Positions 27,836 through 38,758 of a stretch of DNA of 64,000 bases are shown here, one piece after another. Source of the DNA: an uncultured delta proteobacterium (GTDB lineage: Bacteria; Myxococcota; Myxococcia; Myxococcales; Anaeromyxobacteraceae); contig CAVYBH010000012.1 of the NCBI GenBank assembly GCA_963766715.1, positions 672,001 through 736,000 on the forward strand, in the 5' to 3' direction. Under the pieces are notes generated by a model, which made no database searches, had not been told where the DNA came from, and was given only the letters and a program-made list of their open reading frames with translations. Numbering within the stretch: the stretch's first letter is position 1; every line of letters starts with the position of its first letter. Both the position numbers and the translations under genes were made by a program.

Positions 27836-28480
27836 GGCCGCTCTCCTCCCCGGGCACGGCGTGGAGCACCGGCAAGGACCGGACGCCGTCGAGGTCGATC
27901 CGGAGCGCCGCCGGGATGGCAGGCCCCCCCGAGGCGGCGAGCAGGAGGGCCACCGACCCGCCCTTCTCCGCCGCCGACCGGAGTCGCCGCAGCATGGCCT
28001 CGGCCCGCGACGCGGGCAGGGCGTGCAGGGGGACGTCAATCGCCACGGCACCGAAGGCCCCGCTCGCGAGCAGGACCTCGGCGGCCCAGAGACCGGGCGT
28101 GGCCGCATCCCTCGCAGCGCGATCGCCGCCGCGCCGGCCCACGCTCCGGCCGAACGATGAGCAACCGGGCGAGGTCGACCCCCAGCGCGAGCGCCGCCGG
28201 CGGGTAGAACTCGCCGCGCCCGTCGACGAAGGCAGCCAGCGACCCGCCGGCCTGCGCCTCCCGGAGCACCCGCAGGGCGACGCCGGTCTTGCCACTGGCC
28301 GGGCCACCCGAGAGCGCGGAGAGGGCACCGCGAGGGAAACCGCCTCCGGGGAGCAGCGCATCCACCTCGGGGCGGCCGCTCGCGAGCAAGCCCTCGCGAC
28401 GCGCCGGACGCCGCTCGATGCGGCGGAATCTGGCGGCGGAGATCCTCGAGGACTTCCTGCTGGCGGGTGGCGGCGCCCAT
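27825..28480 (-). CDS. imuA: ImuA RecA-like protein, two frameshifts
   Basis: SGRPEVDALLPGGGFPRG, GGPASGKT, FYPPAALALGVDL, LWAAEVLLASGAFGAV. Confidence 0.82.
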
Positions 28481-28489
28481 GGCTCACGT

Positions 28490-28517
28490 CCTGAACGATA
28501 CTGCTCGTTCGTTCAGG
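28490..28517. promoter_or_regulatory. Myxococcus-type LexA (SOS) box upstream of imuA
   Basis: CTGCTCGTTCGTTCAGG (28501-28517) has one mismatch to the M. xanthus consensus CTRHAMRYBYGTTCAGS and lies within the inverted repeat CCTGAACGA-N10-TCGTTCAGG. Confidence 0.7.
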
Positions 28518-28577
28518 TAGCAAGCCGGTCTGACAGCGCTCTCCGGGGCGCCCGGGAAGTGCGGGAACGGCGAGGCG

Positions 28578-28970
28578 TTACGCCTGCGCCTCGCCCTTCT
28601 CCTTCGACTTTTCCTCCGCGGCGATCTCCGCGCGCACCTTGTCCATGTCCAGGTCGCGGGCCTTCTGGATGAGCTCCTCGAGAGCCGCCTCGGGAAGCGC
28701 GCCGGGCTGCGAGAAGAGCAGGATCTTGTCGCGAAGGATCATGAGCGTCGGGATCGACATGATCTGGAACGAGGCGGCGAGCCCCTGCTGCTCCTCCGTG
28801 TTCACCTTGGCGAAGGTGACGTCGGGGTGACGCCCCGCGACCTTCTCGTAGGTGGGGCCGAAGACGCGGCAGGGGCCGCACCAGGGCGCCCACCAGTCGA
28901 CGAGGACGAGCCCGTCCTTCTCCACGACCTCCTTGAAGTTCGAATCGGTCACGTCCACGGTCGGCTTCAT
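28578..28970 (-). CDS. trxA: Thioredoxin
   Basis: WAPWCGPC, IMSIPT. Confidence 0.93.
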   Translation of the reverse strand: MKPTVDVTDSNFKEVVEKDGLVLVDWWAPWCGPCRVFGPTYEKVAGRHPDVTFAKVNTEEQQGLAASFQIMSIPTLMILRDKILLFSQPGALPEAALEELIQKARDLDMDKVRAEIAAEEKSKEKGEAQA

Positions 28971-29094
28971 CTGGGATTCCTCGTGGGGGGGCGCCGTCCA
29001 TCGGCGCAGGCCCCTGCCTCTCCTTGGAGCCGTAACGGCGCGAAGCGGTTCGCGCCACGGCGGCGCCTTGACGGCCCGAGGCTGCCGCCCTTAG

Positions 29095-29421
29095 ATGCGA
29101 CGCATGGAAGCCCGGGGCCCGAGGGGAAGGCGGCGCACGCTCGCCGGCGTGGTGGCGGAGTCGCTCGCGCGCCAGCCGTCGGCACGGCGCCCGGCCGCCG
29201 CCGCGGCCTTCGCCGAGGCCTGCGGATGGCCGCTCTCGCGGGAGCTCACGGTGCGCGGACTGGGCCCCGACGGCCACCTCTGGGTGGTGGCGTCGTCGCC
29301 CGAGTGGGCCCGGCAGGTGGAAGGGCTCGCCGCCGAGATCATCGCCCGCGTGAACGACCGGCTGGGGCGCCCCGCCGTGAACGCACTCGACGTCCGGGTG
29401 CAGCGGGACCGGAGGGGATGA
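29095..29421 (+). CDS. DciA/DUF721-like protein
   Basis: GHLWVVASSPEWARQVEGLAAEIIARVNDRLG...LDVRV resembles the DUF721 KH-like core. Confidence 0.65.
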   Translation: MRRMEARGPRGRRRTLAGVVAESLARQPSARRPAAAAAFAEACGWPLSRELTVRGLGPDGHLWVVASSPEWARQVEGLAAEIIARVNDRLGRPAVNALDVRVQRDRRG

Positions 29422-30567
29422 CCGCCGGGGCCCTGCCCCTCGCCGCGCTCCTCGCCGTCCTCGGCGCGCCGCCCGGCCAGGCCAGCTCCGCCGCCGGAGC
29501 CGACCCGGATCCTTCCACCCGGCTCGACCCGCTGGAGGCGGCCGCCCTCGCCCGGGTCCGGGCCTCGCTCCCGCAGCGGACGGTGCCGGCGCTCTCCGAG
29601 CCGCTCGTGCGGGCCGCCCGCTCGCTGGCAGGCCGAGCCGCCCGCGGAGAGCCCCGTCCCCTCTCCTCCTCGGCCCTGCGAGCGGCCCTGGCCGAGGCCG
29701 GGGTCCTGGATCCGGCCCCCGCCGCCGTCCTGCTCGCGGCCCGGAACGCCTCGCTCCCCGAGGCGCTGGCCGCCGCGGCGCGCTTTCGCGGCGCGACGCA
29801 CATCGGGATCGGCGTCGTCTCCCGGGACGGCGTGGCCTGGGCCGTGCTCCTCGCCTCCGAGCGGCGCGCCGAGCTCGGGCCCTTTCCACGGCAGGTGAGG
29901 CCCGGCGAGCAGGTGACGCTGCGCGGGCGCCTGCTCGGCCTCACGTCACCGCGGGTCTACGTCGCGACGCCGTCGGGCGCCGCCCACGAGCTGCCGGTGC
30001 GGGAGGAGGCCGGCACGTTCGCCGCCGACGTCCGCTTCGAGGAGCCCGGGACCTGGCGCGTGGAGGTGGGCGGAGACGGACCGCGCGGCCCGACGGTGGC
30101 CGCGGTGCTGGAGGTGCGGTGCGGGGACGGACCGGCGCCCGCCGCGCCGCCGGACGAGCCGGATCCCCCGGACGCCGAGGCGTGGATCGCCGCGGCCCTC
30201 GACGCGCTCCGGGCGGGACAGGGGCTCCCGCCGCTCCGGAGAATCGGCGCAACTCGACGAGCAGGCCCGCCGCCACGCCTCGGCCATGCTCGCCGCCGGA
30301 ACCGTGGCGCACCGGGTGGAGGGGGGCGGCGACGTGGGGTCCCGCGTCGCGGCCGCTGGCCTCGACTACCGCTCCGTGCGCGAGAACGTGGCCCGCGGCA
30401 GCGGCGCCCTCGACGCCCACCGCGCGATCGTGGAGAGCCCGGCGCACCTGGCGAACGTCCTCGCCCCGGGGGCCTCGCTGCTGGGTGTGGGGATCGCCCG
30501 AGGAACCCTTCCGGGCGGGCAACCGGTGACCTACCTGACCGAGATCCTGGTGGAGCCCCGCGAATGA
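29418..30567 (+). CDS. Secreted CAP (SCP) domain protein, frameshift near 30245
   Basis: Signal-like N-terminus, ATHIGIGV, LRAGQGLPPL, RENVA, ESPAHLANVL, GVGIA. Confidence 0.75.
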
Positions 30568-30616
30568 GCCCGGCCGGCCCGAGGCCGCCCGGGAACCGCC
30601 GGCGCCACCCGACCTG

Positions 30617-30841
30617 CTAGGACAGGCGGCGCTGCGTCGCGTAGTTCTCGATGCTCGACTCGATCTGCGGCTGGATCGCGAACAGCGTACAGCGCGTGCA
30701 CGTCCAGCTGTTCCACGCCCGCTTCACGGCCTCGTCGAGGCAGGTGTCGTAGTTGCCGCAGAAGAGGTTGCGATGCCCCTCCACTCCCCTCTCGGGGTTG
30801 ATGGGGGCGGTGAGCTCGGATGGCGTGGGCTTGCTGAACAA
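30617..30841 (-). CDS. Small Cys-rich hypothetical protein (74 aa)
   Basis: TTG start after an AAGGAG RBS; HRNLFC-x5-C and WTCTRC motifs. Confidence 0.75.
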   Translation of the reverse strand: MFSKPTPSELTAPINPERGVEGHRNLFCGNYDTCLDEAVKRAWNSWTCTRCTLFAIQPQIESSIENYATQRRLS

Positions 30842-30906
30842 GGAGTTCTCCTTCCGTGCACGTCTCGCTTCGGGACTTCCAATCGGTCCAACAGTGAATC
30901 CCGGCG

Positions 30907-30936
30907 GTTATGCGCTCCGCCACGGAGGGGTGTCAA
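30907..30936 (-). promoter_or_regulatory. Candidate sigma70 promoter for the 74-aa gene
   Basis: Minus strand TTGACA-N18-CATAAC. Confidence 0.45.
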
Positions 30937-31021
30937 CCCCCCGTCCCCGCACGATTTGCCGGCTCGAAACGAAACATTTTCGCGCCTCTTTTCAGCTATT
31001 TGCGCCGTTTTTTCCCTCGAT

Positions 31022-33185
31022 TTGCGCATCCGGCTCCTCACGCCCCTTCTGATACTCTCGGTGACAACCCGGGCGGGTGCGAAGGAGCCCTTCACGGACT
31101 GGATCGAGGGGGCCGGCGGGGGCGCCGCCGCGCTCGCCGCGAGGCGACCCCGAGACCGCCCACCAGGAGGCCCGCCGGGCCGCGGAGGCAATCACCCGGG
31201 GTGAAGCGGGCGGGCGGGCGCGCCTCCTCTCCGGCCTGGCGCTCGCCGACCTCGGACGTCCCGCCGACGCCGCCGCCGAGATCGACGCCGCGCTTCCTTC
31301 ACTCCCCGTCACCCTCGCCCCGGCCGCGCGCGGCCGCCTCGGCGGGGCCCTGATGGCGGGCGGACGTCCGGCGGCAGGCCGCGGACGCCTTCGCCGGGGC
31401 CGCGGCCGGGGCCGACCCGGCCGACCGGGTCCGGCTCGCCTGCCTCGAGGCCCGCGCCCGGCTCGCGGCGGGCCAGCCGGGCGAGGCCGCCCGCGCCGTG
31501 GGACCTGGCTCGGCGGCCGGCGATCCCGGGATCCCTCGCGGTGCAGGCGCGCGCCTGGCTGGCCCTCGGAGATCCCCGCGCCGTCCCGGCCCTGCGCGAT
31601 CTGGCGGTCGAGCGCGCCGGCACGCCCGAGGGCGAGGAGGCGGCCGCGAGCCTGCGCGCGGCGGTTCCTCCGGTCGCGCCGTCCCTTTCCAATCGGCTCG
31701 CCCGGGCCCGCCGGCTCCTCGCCGCCGCCCGTCCTCGCGAGGCGCTCGAGGAGATCGACGCGGTCGACCGGGAGGTGGGCTCCGCTCCGCTGCCCACCGT
31801 GCTCCGGGCCATGGCCATGCTGCAGCTCGGCCGCCCCGCGGAGGCGGAGCGACTCGCCACGCCGATCGCGAGCCTCCCCGGGCCGGGAGAGCCCGCCGCG
31901 TCCCGCTTCATCCTGGCCCGCGCCACCGCCCGCCAGGGCCGCCTCGACGAGGCCATCGGCTGGTACCGGAGGGTCGCCGCCGAGAAGCCGGTCGTCCCCG
32001 GCCTGGGCGCTGCCCAGCAGGCCGACCTCGCCGACGACGCGGCGTTCCTCGTGGCCTGGCTTCCCTACGACGCCGGCCGCTTCGCCGAGTCGGTCGCGCC
32101 CCTGCGGAAGTTCGCCCGGGACCGCCCGAACGCACGCCGGGCGCCCGATGCCCGCTGGTTCTCCGCCTGGGCGCTCGTCCGGGCCGGCGACGCCTCCGGC
32201 GCGCGCGCGGCGCTCCGCGGCCTGGCGACGAAGGAGACCGGGTCCCTCCGTGCCGCGGCCCTCTACTGGCAGGGAAGGCTGCAGCCGACCCCGGAGGAGG
32301 CCGCGCCCCACTACCGCGGCGCCATCGTCGAGGCGCCGGACGGATGGTACGCGCTCCTCTCCCAGGCCCGCCTCGCCGCCTCCGGCGAGGCCCCGCCCGG
32401 CCTGCCCCCGCCGGCCCCGACGCCTGCTGCCGGAGGCTCCCCGGGACCCTCGCGTGGCCGCCTCGCTCGGCCGGGTCGTGGACCTGGCGGCGCGCCGGGC
32501 TCCGCGCCGAGTCGGTCGGCGCTGCTGCAACGGCTCTCCCGCGCACCCGGACGCCCGCGCCCGGGCCAGCCTGCTCGCCGAGGTCGGCGCCTTCGTCGGC
32601 GACGCGGAGGTCCCCTACCGGATGGCCCGCGATCACCTCCCGCCGGGCATCCGGGCCGGGCGATGGGCCTACCCCGACGCCCACGCCAGCGTGCTCGAGC
32701 CCGCCTCCCGTGCCCTGGGGGTGGATCCGGCCCTGGCCCTCGCGGTCATGCGCAGGGAGTCGGCGTTCGTCGCCGGCGCACGCAGCGGCGCCGCGGCGGA
32801 GGGCGTGCTCCAGCTGCGCCCGGAGACGGCCCACCGCCTGCTCTCCATCCTCGGCATCTCCCGGGCGCCCGACCTGGCCGAACCGGCCGAGAACCTTCGC
32901 CTCGGCATCGCCTACCTCGCGCTGCTCTCCGACCGGTTCCAGCACCCCGCGGCGGTCCTCGCCGCCTACAACGCGGGGCCGGCGGCGGCAGCTTCGTGGC
33001 TTCCCCCCGGACCCGGGGTTCCCCTCGACGAATGGGTGGAGGACGTCGCCTACCGGGAGACGCGACAGTACGTTCGCAGCGTCATGGCCGACTGGGCCCG
33101 GTACCGGCGGCTCCGGGGCGAGGCGCCCCTGCCCGTCCTTCCCTCCGGACCGGTTCCGCCTCCCGGACCGGGGGTCGCCTTCTAG
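31022..33185 (+). CDS. TPR-containing soluble lytic transglycosylase (Slt-like), several frameshifts
   Basis: Signal-like MRIRLLTPLLILSV, TPR-like helices (ALYWQGR, WYALL), SLT motifs AVMRRESAF, GVLQLRPETA, AAYNAGP, YRETRQYV. Start is approximate. Confidence 0.8.
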
Positions 33186-34043
33186 GTTCCGCGAAGCGCC
33201 CCGAGGATCGCCTCGCCGGCCTGCTCCATCACCCTGGGCGTGATCCCCGGGACGGCCCGCACCCGGTGCTCGTCCTGCGGTCGCGTCCGGGCCAGCTCCA
33301 CCATCGCCGTCTCCGGGACGACCTTGAAGGGCGGCCGGTCGAGGGCGGAGGCGCGGGCCTCCCGGGCGATCCAGAGGGCGCGGAGGACCTTCTTCCCCTC
33401 GGCGTCCAGCTCGCGGGCGCCCTTCAGCTTCCGCCAGCCTTCCGGGTCGAAGACCCGGGCGTGCGCCTTGGCCGCGGCGATCCGGTCGAACTCGCGGCGG
33501 GCCTCCTGCTCGACGCCCTGCTCCCGGAGGCTGGCGGACAGGCTGGCGTGGAGCGGAAGGAGGAAGTGGGTGTCCATCGCGGCGTAGCGAAGCTGCTCCC
33601 GGCTGAGCGGCCGGCGCGCCCAGTCGGCGCGCTGGTGCTCCTTGGTGAGCCGGACGCCGAAGTGGGCCTGCACGAGCGCCGCGAGACCGAGCTCCTTCGA
33701 GCCGAGCCGCCGCGCGGCCACCATCGTGTCGAAGATCCGCCCCAGGTCCCAGCCGTACTCGCGCCGGAGACAGCGGACGTCGTAGTCGGCGCCGTGCAGC
33801 ACCAGCTCCCGCTCCCCGCCCAGCACCTCGCCCAGCGGGCCGACGTCCACGGCGATGGGGTCGACGATGAAGTCGGCGCCCGGGATGGAGATTCTGGATC
33901 AGGCAGACGCGCTCGCGGTAGGCGTGGAAGCTGTTCGACTCCGTGTCGAGCGCCACCACCGGCTCCACGGCCAGGCGGCGCGCGAGCTCCTCGAGCGCCT
34001 CTCGACCGGAGATGAAGGTCGGGGCGAGGGTCGGCGCGCTCAT
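33182..34043 (-). CDS. rnd: Ribonuclease D (3'-5' exonuclease plus HRDC), frameshift near 33890
   Basis: [42 protein letters not shown]. Confidence 0.88.
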
Positions 34044-34963
34044 GCCCGTGCCCTCGTCGAGAGCGCCGCGGCCACGGCGGCGGCGACCCGGGCGTTCTCC
34101 ACGAGCAGCGCCAGGTTGGCTCGCAGCGTCCGGCCCCCGGTCAGGCGCGACACGGCGGCCAGCAGGTGCGGCGTCCGCGCCGGACCGGCGATGCCCAGCC
34201 GGCCGGCCTCCGCCTCGGCGGCGGACACGGCCTCCTCCACCTCGTGGCGGGGCATGGGCTCGGGAGGCGGCACGGCCAGCAGGACGCCGGTGGGGCGCCG
34301 CAGGGCGACCCAGTGGACGTCGAGCGCACGGGCGGCCTCCTCGGCGCTCTCCACCCGGTGGGCGAGCACGACCCCGCTCGACGCCGACCAGAAGGCGGGA
34401 AGCTCCCCGGTCCGCCAGCCGATCACCGGGACGCCCAGCGTCTCCAGCGCCTCGCTGGTGGCGGGGATGTCGAGGATGGCCTTCGGCCCGGACGAGACGA
34501 CGCAGACCGGCGACCGGGCCATCTCCGCCAGGTCGGCGGACACGTCCCACGTGGCTTCGCCCGGGAGCCCGCGGTGGACGCCCCCGATCCCGCCCGTCGC
34601 GAGGACGCGGATTCCCGCCAGCGCCGCCGCCGCGCAGGTCGCCGAGACCGTCGTTCCCGCGTCACCCCCGGCCGCCAGGAGCGCCGCCAGGTCGCGGGCG
34701 CCCGCCTTGGCCACCTTCCCCGGGCGGCCGAGCGAGGCCACCTCGTCGTCGGTCGCGCCGATCACCAGCTCTCCTGCCAGGATGGCGACGGCGGCCGGAA
34801 CGGCCCCGCTCTCCCGGATCGCCCGGGCACAGCGCCGGGACGCCTCCGCGCCCTCGGGGGCCGGCAGGCCATGGGCCACCACGCTCGTCTCGAGCGCCAC
34901 CACCGGCGCACCCGCCCGGAGCGCATCGCGCACCTCGTCACCCATCCGGACCGTTCCTGGCAC
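34040..34963 (-). CDS. psuG: Pseudouridine-5'-phosphate glycosidase
   Basis: [47 protein letters not shown]. Confidence 0.9.
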   Translation of the reverse strand: MPGTVRMGDEVRDALRAGAPVVALETSVVAHGLPAPEGAEASRRCARAIRESGAVPAAVAILAGELVIGATDDEVASLGRPGKVAKAGARDLAALLAAGGDAGTTVSATCAAAALAGIRVLATGGIGGVHRGLPGEATWDVSADLAEMARSPVCVVSSGPKAILDIPATSEALETLGVPVIGWRTGELPAFWSASSGVVLAHRVESAEEAARALDVHWVALRRPTGVLLAVPPPEPMPRHEVEEAVSAAEAEAGRLGIAGPARTPHLLAAVSRLTGGRTLRANLALLVENARVAAAVAAALSTRARA

Positions 34964-35034
34964 CCGGAGGTCATACCCGATTGCGCCACGGCGCGCCGGT
35001 CCCTTCTCGGTCCATCGCGGCTATCATCCGCGCG

Positions 35035-35823
35035 ATGAGGGCCCGCCTCCGCGGATGGCTGACGACGGTCTACGCCGCCCTCTTCATGGCCATCTTCTTC
35101 TTCGGTTCCCTCCCGGTGATGGTGGTGACGCGCTCCGGCGCGCTGCCGATCTGGCTGGCGCGGAAGGCGTGGGCTCCCTGGGGCCTGTGGCTCGCCGGCG
35201 CGGACGTCACCGTCCGCCGCCTGGCGCCGCTCCCGGAGGGACCCGCCATCTACGCGGCCAACCACTCCAGCACGATCGACATCTGGCTCATGCTGGCCAA
35301 CATCCCCCGCAGCGTCCGCTTCATCGCCAAGGCCGAGGTGTTCGGCTGGCCGGTCTTCGGCTGGTACATGACGCTGGGCGGCCACGTCCCGGTGGACCGC
35401 CGGGACCACGCCCGGGCGGTGGCGTCGCTCGCCCACGCGGCCGACATGGTCCGCGCCGGGACGAGCCTCATCGTCTTCCCCGAGGGCACGCGAAGCCGGG
35501 ACGGGCGCGTCCACGCCTTCAAGAAGGGACCGTTCGTCATCGCCGCGCAGGCAGGCGTGCCGGTCGTCCCGGTGGCGCTCACGGGGAGCGGGGCCGTCAC
35601 GCCCAAGAACCTCCTCCACGTCCATCCCGGGCCCGTCCAGGTCACCTTCGGCCGGCCGATCCTCGCGGCCGATCACCCGGGGCGCGACGCCCTCCTCCGG
35701 GAGGTCCGGCGCCAGGTGATCGCGATGGACCGGGCCGCGGGAGGGCCCGGAGGCGCGGACGAACCCGCCGTCGCCGCGCGGGGGTTCGAAGGAGACGTTG
35801 GCGGCGACGCGGACGGACGGTAG
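35035..35823 (+). CDS. plsC: 1-acyl-sn-glycerol-3-phosphate acyltransferase
   Basis: ANHSSTID, FIAKAE, FPEGTRS, FKKG. Confidence 0.88.
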   Translation: MRARLRGWLTTVYAALFMAIFFFGSLPVMVVTRSGALPIWLARKAWAPWGLWLAGADVTVRRLAPLPEGPAIYAANHSSTIDIWLMLANIPRSVRFIAKAEVFGWPVFGWYMTLGGHVPVDRRDHARAVASLAHAADMVRAGTSLIVFPEGTRSRDGRVHAFKKGPFVIAAQAGVPVVPVALTGSGAVTPKNLLHVHPGPVQVTFGRPILAADHPGRDALLREVRRQVIAMDRAAGGPGGADEPAVAARGFEGDVGGDADGR

Positions 35824-35833
35824 TCTCTCCCGC

Positions 35834-36304
35834 ATGGCCGAACGACAACAGGGCGTCCCGGGCGCCGTCGAGGGCGCGATCGACCAGGGGCGCCGCGCGG
35901 TCTCCGGGATCGCCGACGGCTTCCGGAAGGCCGGGCGCTGGCAGCGCATGCGCCTCGGGATCGTGGGCGGCTGGGTCGCGGCCTCGCTGCTCGCGCTCTG
36001 GATCGCCTGCCCGTCGTCGGGTCCGGCCAACTCGCTCGGCGCCGACGTCCAGGTCCTGAAGGAATCCCTGCTCGGCGGCCAGCAGATCCTGGTCCGCAAC
36101 GAATCGGACGCGGTCTGGAACGACGTCACGCTGGCCCTCGACGGGTCCTGGAAGAACAGCCAGCGGACGGTTCGCCCCCGGGAACAGGTCGTCCTCTCGC
36201 CGGCCCAGTTCCAGCGCGCCGGAGAGCCCGCGCCCCGCGACCTCCGTCCGCGCACGCTCCTCATCGAGTGTCGCGAGGGACGAGCCCGCTTCGAGCTTCG
36301 CTAG
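35834..36304 (+). CDS. Hypothetical single-TM membrane protein
   Basis: Intact ORF with the TM segment LGIVGGWVAASLLALWIAC followed by a beta-rich domain. Confidence 0.7.
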   Translation: MAERQQGVPGAVEGAIDQGRRAVSGIADGFRKAGRWQRMRLGIVGGWVAASLLALWIACPSSGPANSLGADVQVLKESLLGGQQILVRNESDAVWNDVTLALDGSWKNSQRTVRPREQVVLSPAQFQRAGEPAPRDLRPRTLLIECREGRARFELR

Positions 36305-36773
36305 GGCGCGTTCCCCGGGCGCCACGACTCCTCGACCTCGCGCTCCAGCGCCGCCTCCCGGGCGGCCCGAGCGGCGGCGGCCCAGCGGGCGGCGCCCCGC
36401 TCGAGCGCCTCGTTCCTCTCCCGGGCTGCCCGGGCGACCTTCGCCGCCTGCCTGGCCCGCTCCCCCGCGCGGCGAGCGCGCACGAGGGCCCGCTCCGACT
36501 CCAGGAAGAGTCGACGCGCCTCGACGAAGGCCGCCTCCCGCGCGGCGGACCACGCGGCCAGATCGGAGGAGATGCACCTCCCTCCGATGGCCTGGACCCG
36601 ACCTGGAGCCATCGGCCACCCCGCGCCGCAGTGTCGCCCGCCCGGGTGGCGACGGCGCGGGCGGCCGCCTCCTCCTCGAGGGCCTGCGCCCGGGCGCGTG
36701 CGGCCGCGTTCGACGCGGTCCGCGCCTCGGCGTCCCGGATCCGCGCCAGGGCATGGAGGGGCCAGCCGCTCAC
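36301..36773 (-). CDS. FliJ/SctO-like coiled-coil stalk protein, frameshift near 36615
   Basis: GTG overlaps the ATPase stop; MSGWPLHALARIRDAE pattern and an Ala/Arg/Glu coiled coil ending EAALEREVEE. Confidence 0.65.
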
Positions 36774-38089
36774 GCGCCGATCCCGGACGCCAGCCCGGCG
36801 AGGTCCCGCACCGTGTCGCCGAAGGGCAGGCTCCCGCCGTCTTCCTGCCGAAGGAAGGCCTCGATGGCCGGCATGGCCGCCACCGCCTCGTCCAGCTCCG
36901 CGTCCGCGCCCCGGACCCAGGCTCCCGCGGCGATCAGGTCCCTGGCCGACTCCCACCTCGCCATCGCGGCACGAACGCTCGCTGCGGCCGACCGGTGCGC
37001 CGGACCGGCGACGGCGGGCATGGCCCGCGACAGGCTGGCGAGCACGTCGAGGGCGGGAAACCGCCCGGCCTCCGCGATGCGCCGGTCGAGGACCAGGTGA
37101 CCATCCAGCAGCCCCAGGATCTCGGCGGAGAGCGGGTCCTCGGCGGAGTCCCCGGTCGACAGCACCGTGTACACGGCGGTGATGGGTCCCCCGGGGCCGG
37201 TGCCGGCCCGCTCCAGGAGCCGGGGCAACTCGGAGAAGACCCGCGACGGATAGCCCTGGCGGACCGGCGGCTCGCCGGCCGCGAGGCCGACCTCCCGGAT
37301 CGCCCGGGCGAACCGGGTCAGGGAGTCGACGAGCAGGAGCACGCGGCGCCCGTCCACCCGCGCGAACCACTCGGCGATGGCGGTCGCCACCTGTGCGGAC
37401 CGGAAGCGGACCGCGGCGGGTGCGTCGCTGGTGGCCGCCACCACCACGCTCCGTGAAAGCCCCTCGTCGCCCAGCACGTCCTCGACCATCTCCCGGACCT
37501 CCCGTCCCCGCTCCCCCACGAGACCGAGCACGCAGACCTCCGCGCCCGCGCTCCGCGCCAGCCGTCCCAGGAGCGACGACTTGCCCACCCCGGGGCCCGC
37601 GAAGAGCCCGACCCGCTGCCCCTCGGCCAGCGTGGCGAAGCCGTCGATCGCCCGCACGCCCGTGGGAAACGGACGATCGAGCCGGGCACGCGCCATCGGC
37701 GCCGGGGCCGGGCGGTCGACCTCCCAGGAGACGAGCCCCGGCGGAAGGGGGCGCCCGTCCATCGGCCAGCCCAGGCCGTCGAGCACGCGCCCGAGGAGCG
37801 GCCGGCCCACCCGGATGGCGAGCCGCCTGCCCGTCCGGAGGACCTCGGCGCCGGGGACGAGGTCCTCCCCTCCCCGGAGCGGCAGGAGGATCGCGCTCGC
37901 GCCATGGACCGCCACCACCTCCGCTTCCGCGCATCCGCCCGTCCCGGACGCGATCCGGACCACTTCCCCGAGGCGGGCCCCGGCGCCGACGCAGCGGGCC
38001 CGCCCTGGCGCCACGTCGACCAGCGAGCCCGTCCTGGGCAGGGTGGCGCTCGCCTTCAGGATCTCGCGCGCCCGCGCGACGGAGATCAC
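36770..38089 (-). CDS. FliI/SctN (YscN) family type III export ATPase
   Basis: TGVRAIDG, GQRVGLFAGPGVGKS, GERGREV, LLVDSLTRFA, GEPP, ERAG, LDGH, DVLASLSR. Confidence 0.92.
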   Translation of the reverse strand: MISVARAREILKASATLPRTGSLVDVAPGRARCVGAGARLGEVVRIASGTGGCAEAEVVAVHGASAILLPLRGGEDLVPGAEVLRTGRRLAIRVGRPLLGRVLDGLGWPMDGRPLPPGLVSWEVDRPAPAPMARARLDRPFPTGVRAIDGFATLAEGQRVGLFAGPGVGKSSLLGRLARSAGAEVCVLGLVGERGREVREMVEDVLGDEGLSRSVVVAATSDAPAAVRFRSAQVATAIAEWFARVDGRRVLLLVDSLTRFARAIREVGLAAGEPPVRQGYPSRVFSELPRLLERAGTGPGGPITAVYTVLSTGDSAEDPLSAEILGLLDGHLVLDRRIAEAGRFPALDVLASLSRAMPAVAGPAHRSAAASVRAAMARWESARDLIAAGAWVRGADAELDEAVAAMPAIEAFLRQEDGGSLPFGDTVRDLAGLASGIGA

Positions 38090-38694
38090 GCCTCGATCTC
38101 CTCGAGCGCACGGCGCAGCAGCGCGATCCGCGCGGAGAATCGCCCGTCCACCCGCGCGCCTTCCCCTTCCAGCACCACCTCGCCCATGGCCAGGGACGCA
38201 TCCTCGACGACCCGGAGCCGGCCAACCGCATCGCCCAGCGCTCCGGCCGCGTCCCGGATCGCGGCCAGGTCCTCCGCCGATACGCGCAGGTCGACCCGCC
38301 GGGAGCCGCGGAGCTCGGCGAGCGCGATCCTCGCCGCGCCGACGGCGTCGGCCCCGGGCCGGACCTCGCGCGCCAGGATGCGACCTGCGATGGCGGCGGC
38401 GACGTCGAGCACCTCCCCGCTGCAGGCGGCGATGAGTCGATCGCGCTCGCGCGCGCCCCTGGCCAGCTCGGCCGCGGCCCGGGCCAGGCCCTCCTCCCGG
38501 CCGGCCGCCTCCGCCGCGTCCCGCCAGGAATCGCGCTCCGCCTCGGCTGCCCGCAGGATTCGCCGCGCGCTTGCCTGCGCCTCCTCGAGGATGGCCCGGG
38601 CGCGCACGCGCGCATCGAACACCTCGCCGGCGATTCGCCGCGCCCCTTCTCCCGGGCGTCCGTCGACCGGCCCGGCCTCGTCCTCTCCGTCCAC
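38086..38694 (-). CDS. FliH/SctL-like stator protein
   Basis: IAGEVFDARVRARAILEEA, AxxxGxxxG repeats (AEAAGREEGLA), DASLAMGEVVLE...RVDG. Probable GTG start at 38694 after GGAGG; the ORF extends to 38769. Confidence 0.8.
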   Translation of the reverse strand: MDGEDEAGPVDGRPGEGARRIAGEVFDARVRARAILEEAQASARRILRAAEAERDSWRDAAEAAGREEGLARAAAELARGARERDRLIAACSGEVLDVAAAIAGRILAREVRPGADAVGAARIALAELRGSRRVDLRVSAEDLAAIRDAAGALGDAVGRLRVVEDASLAMGEVVLEGEGARVDGRFSARIALLRRALEEIEA

Positions 38695-38758
38695 GCCGCG
38701 CACCTCCGGGCACGGGAGGGAGCGTGGCCGCCCGTGGTCCCCGGGGGCTGTTGCAAGC

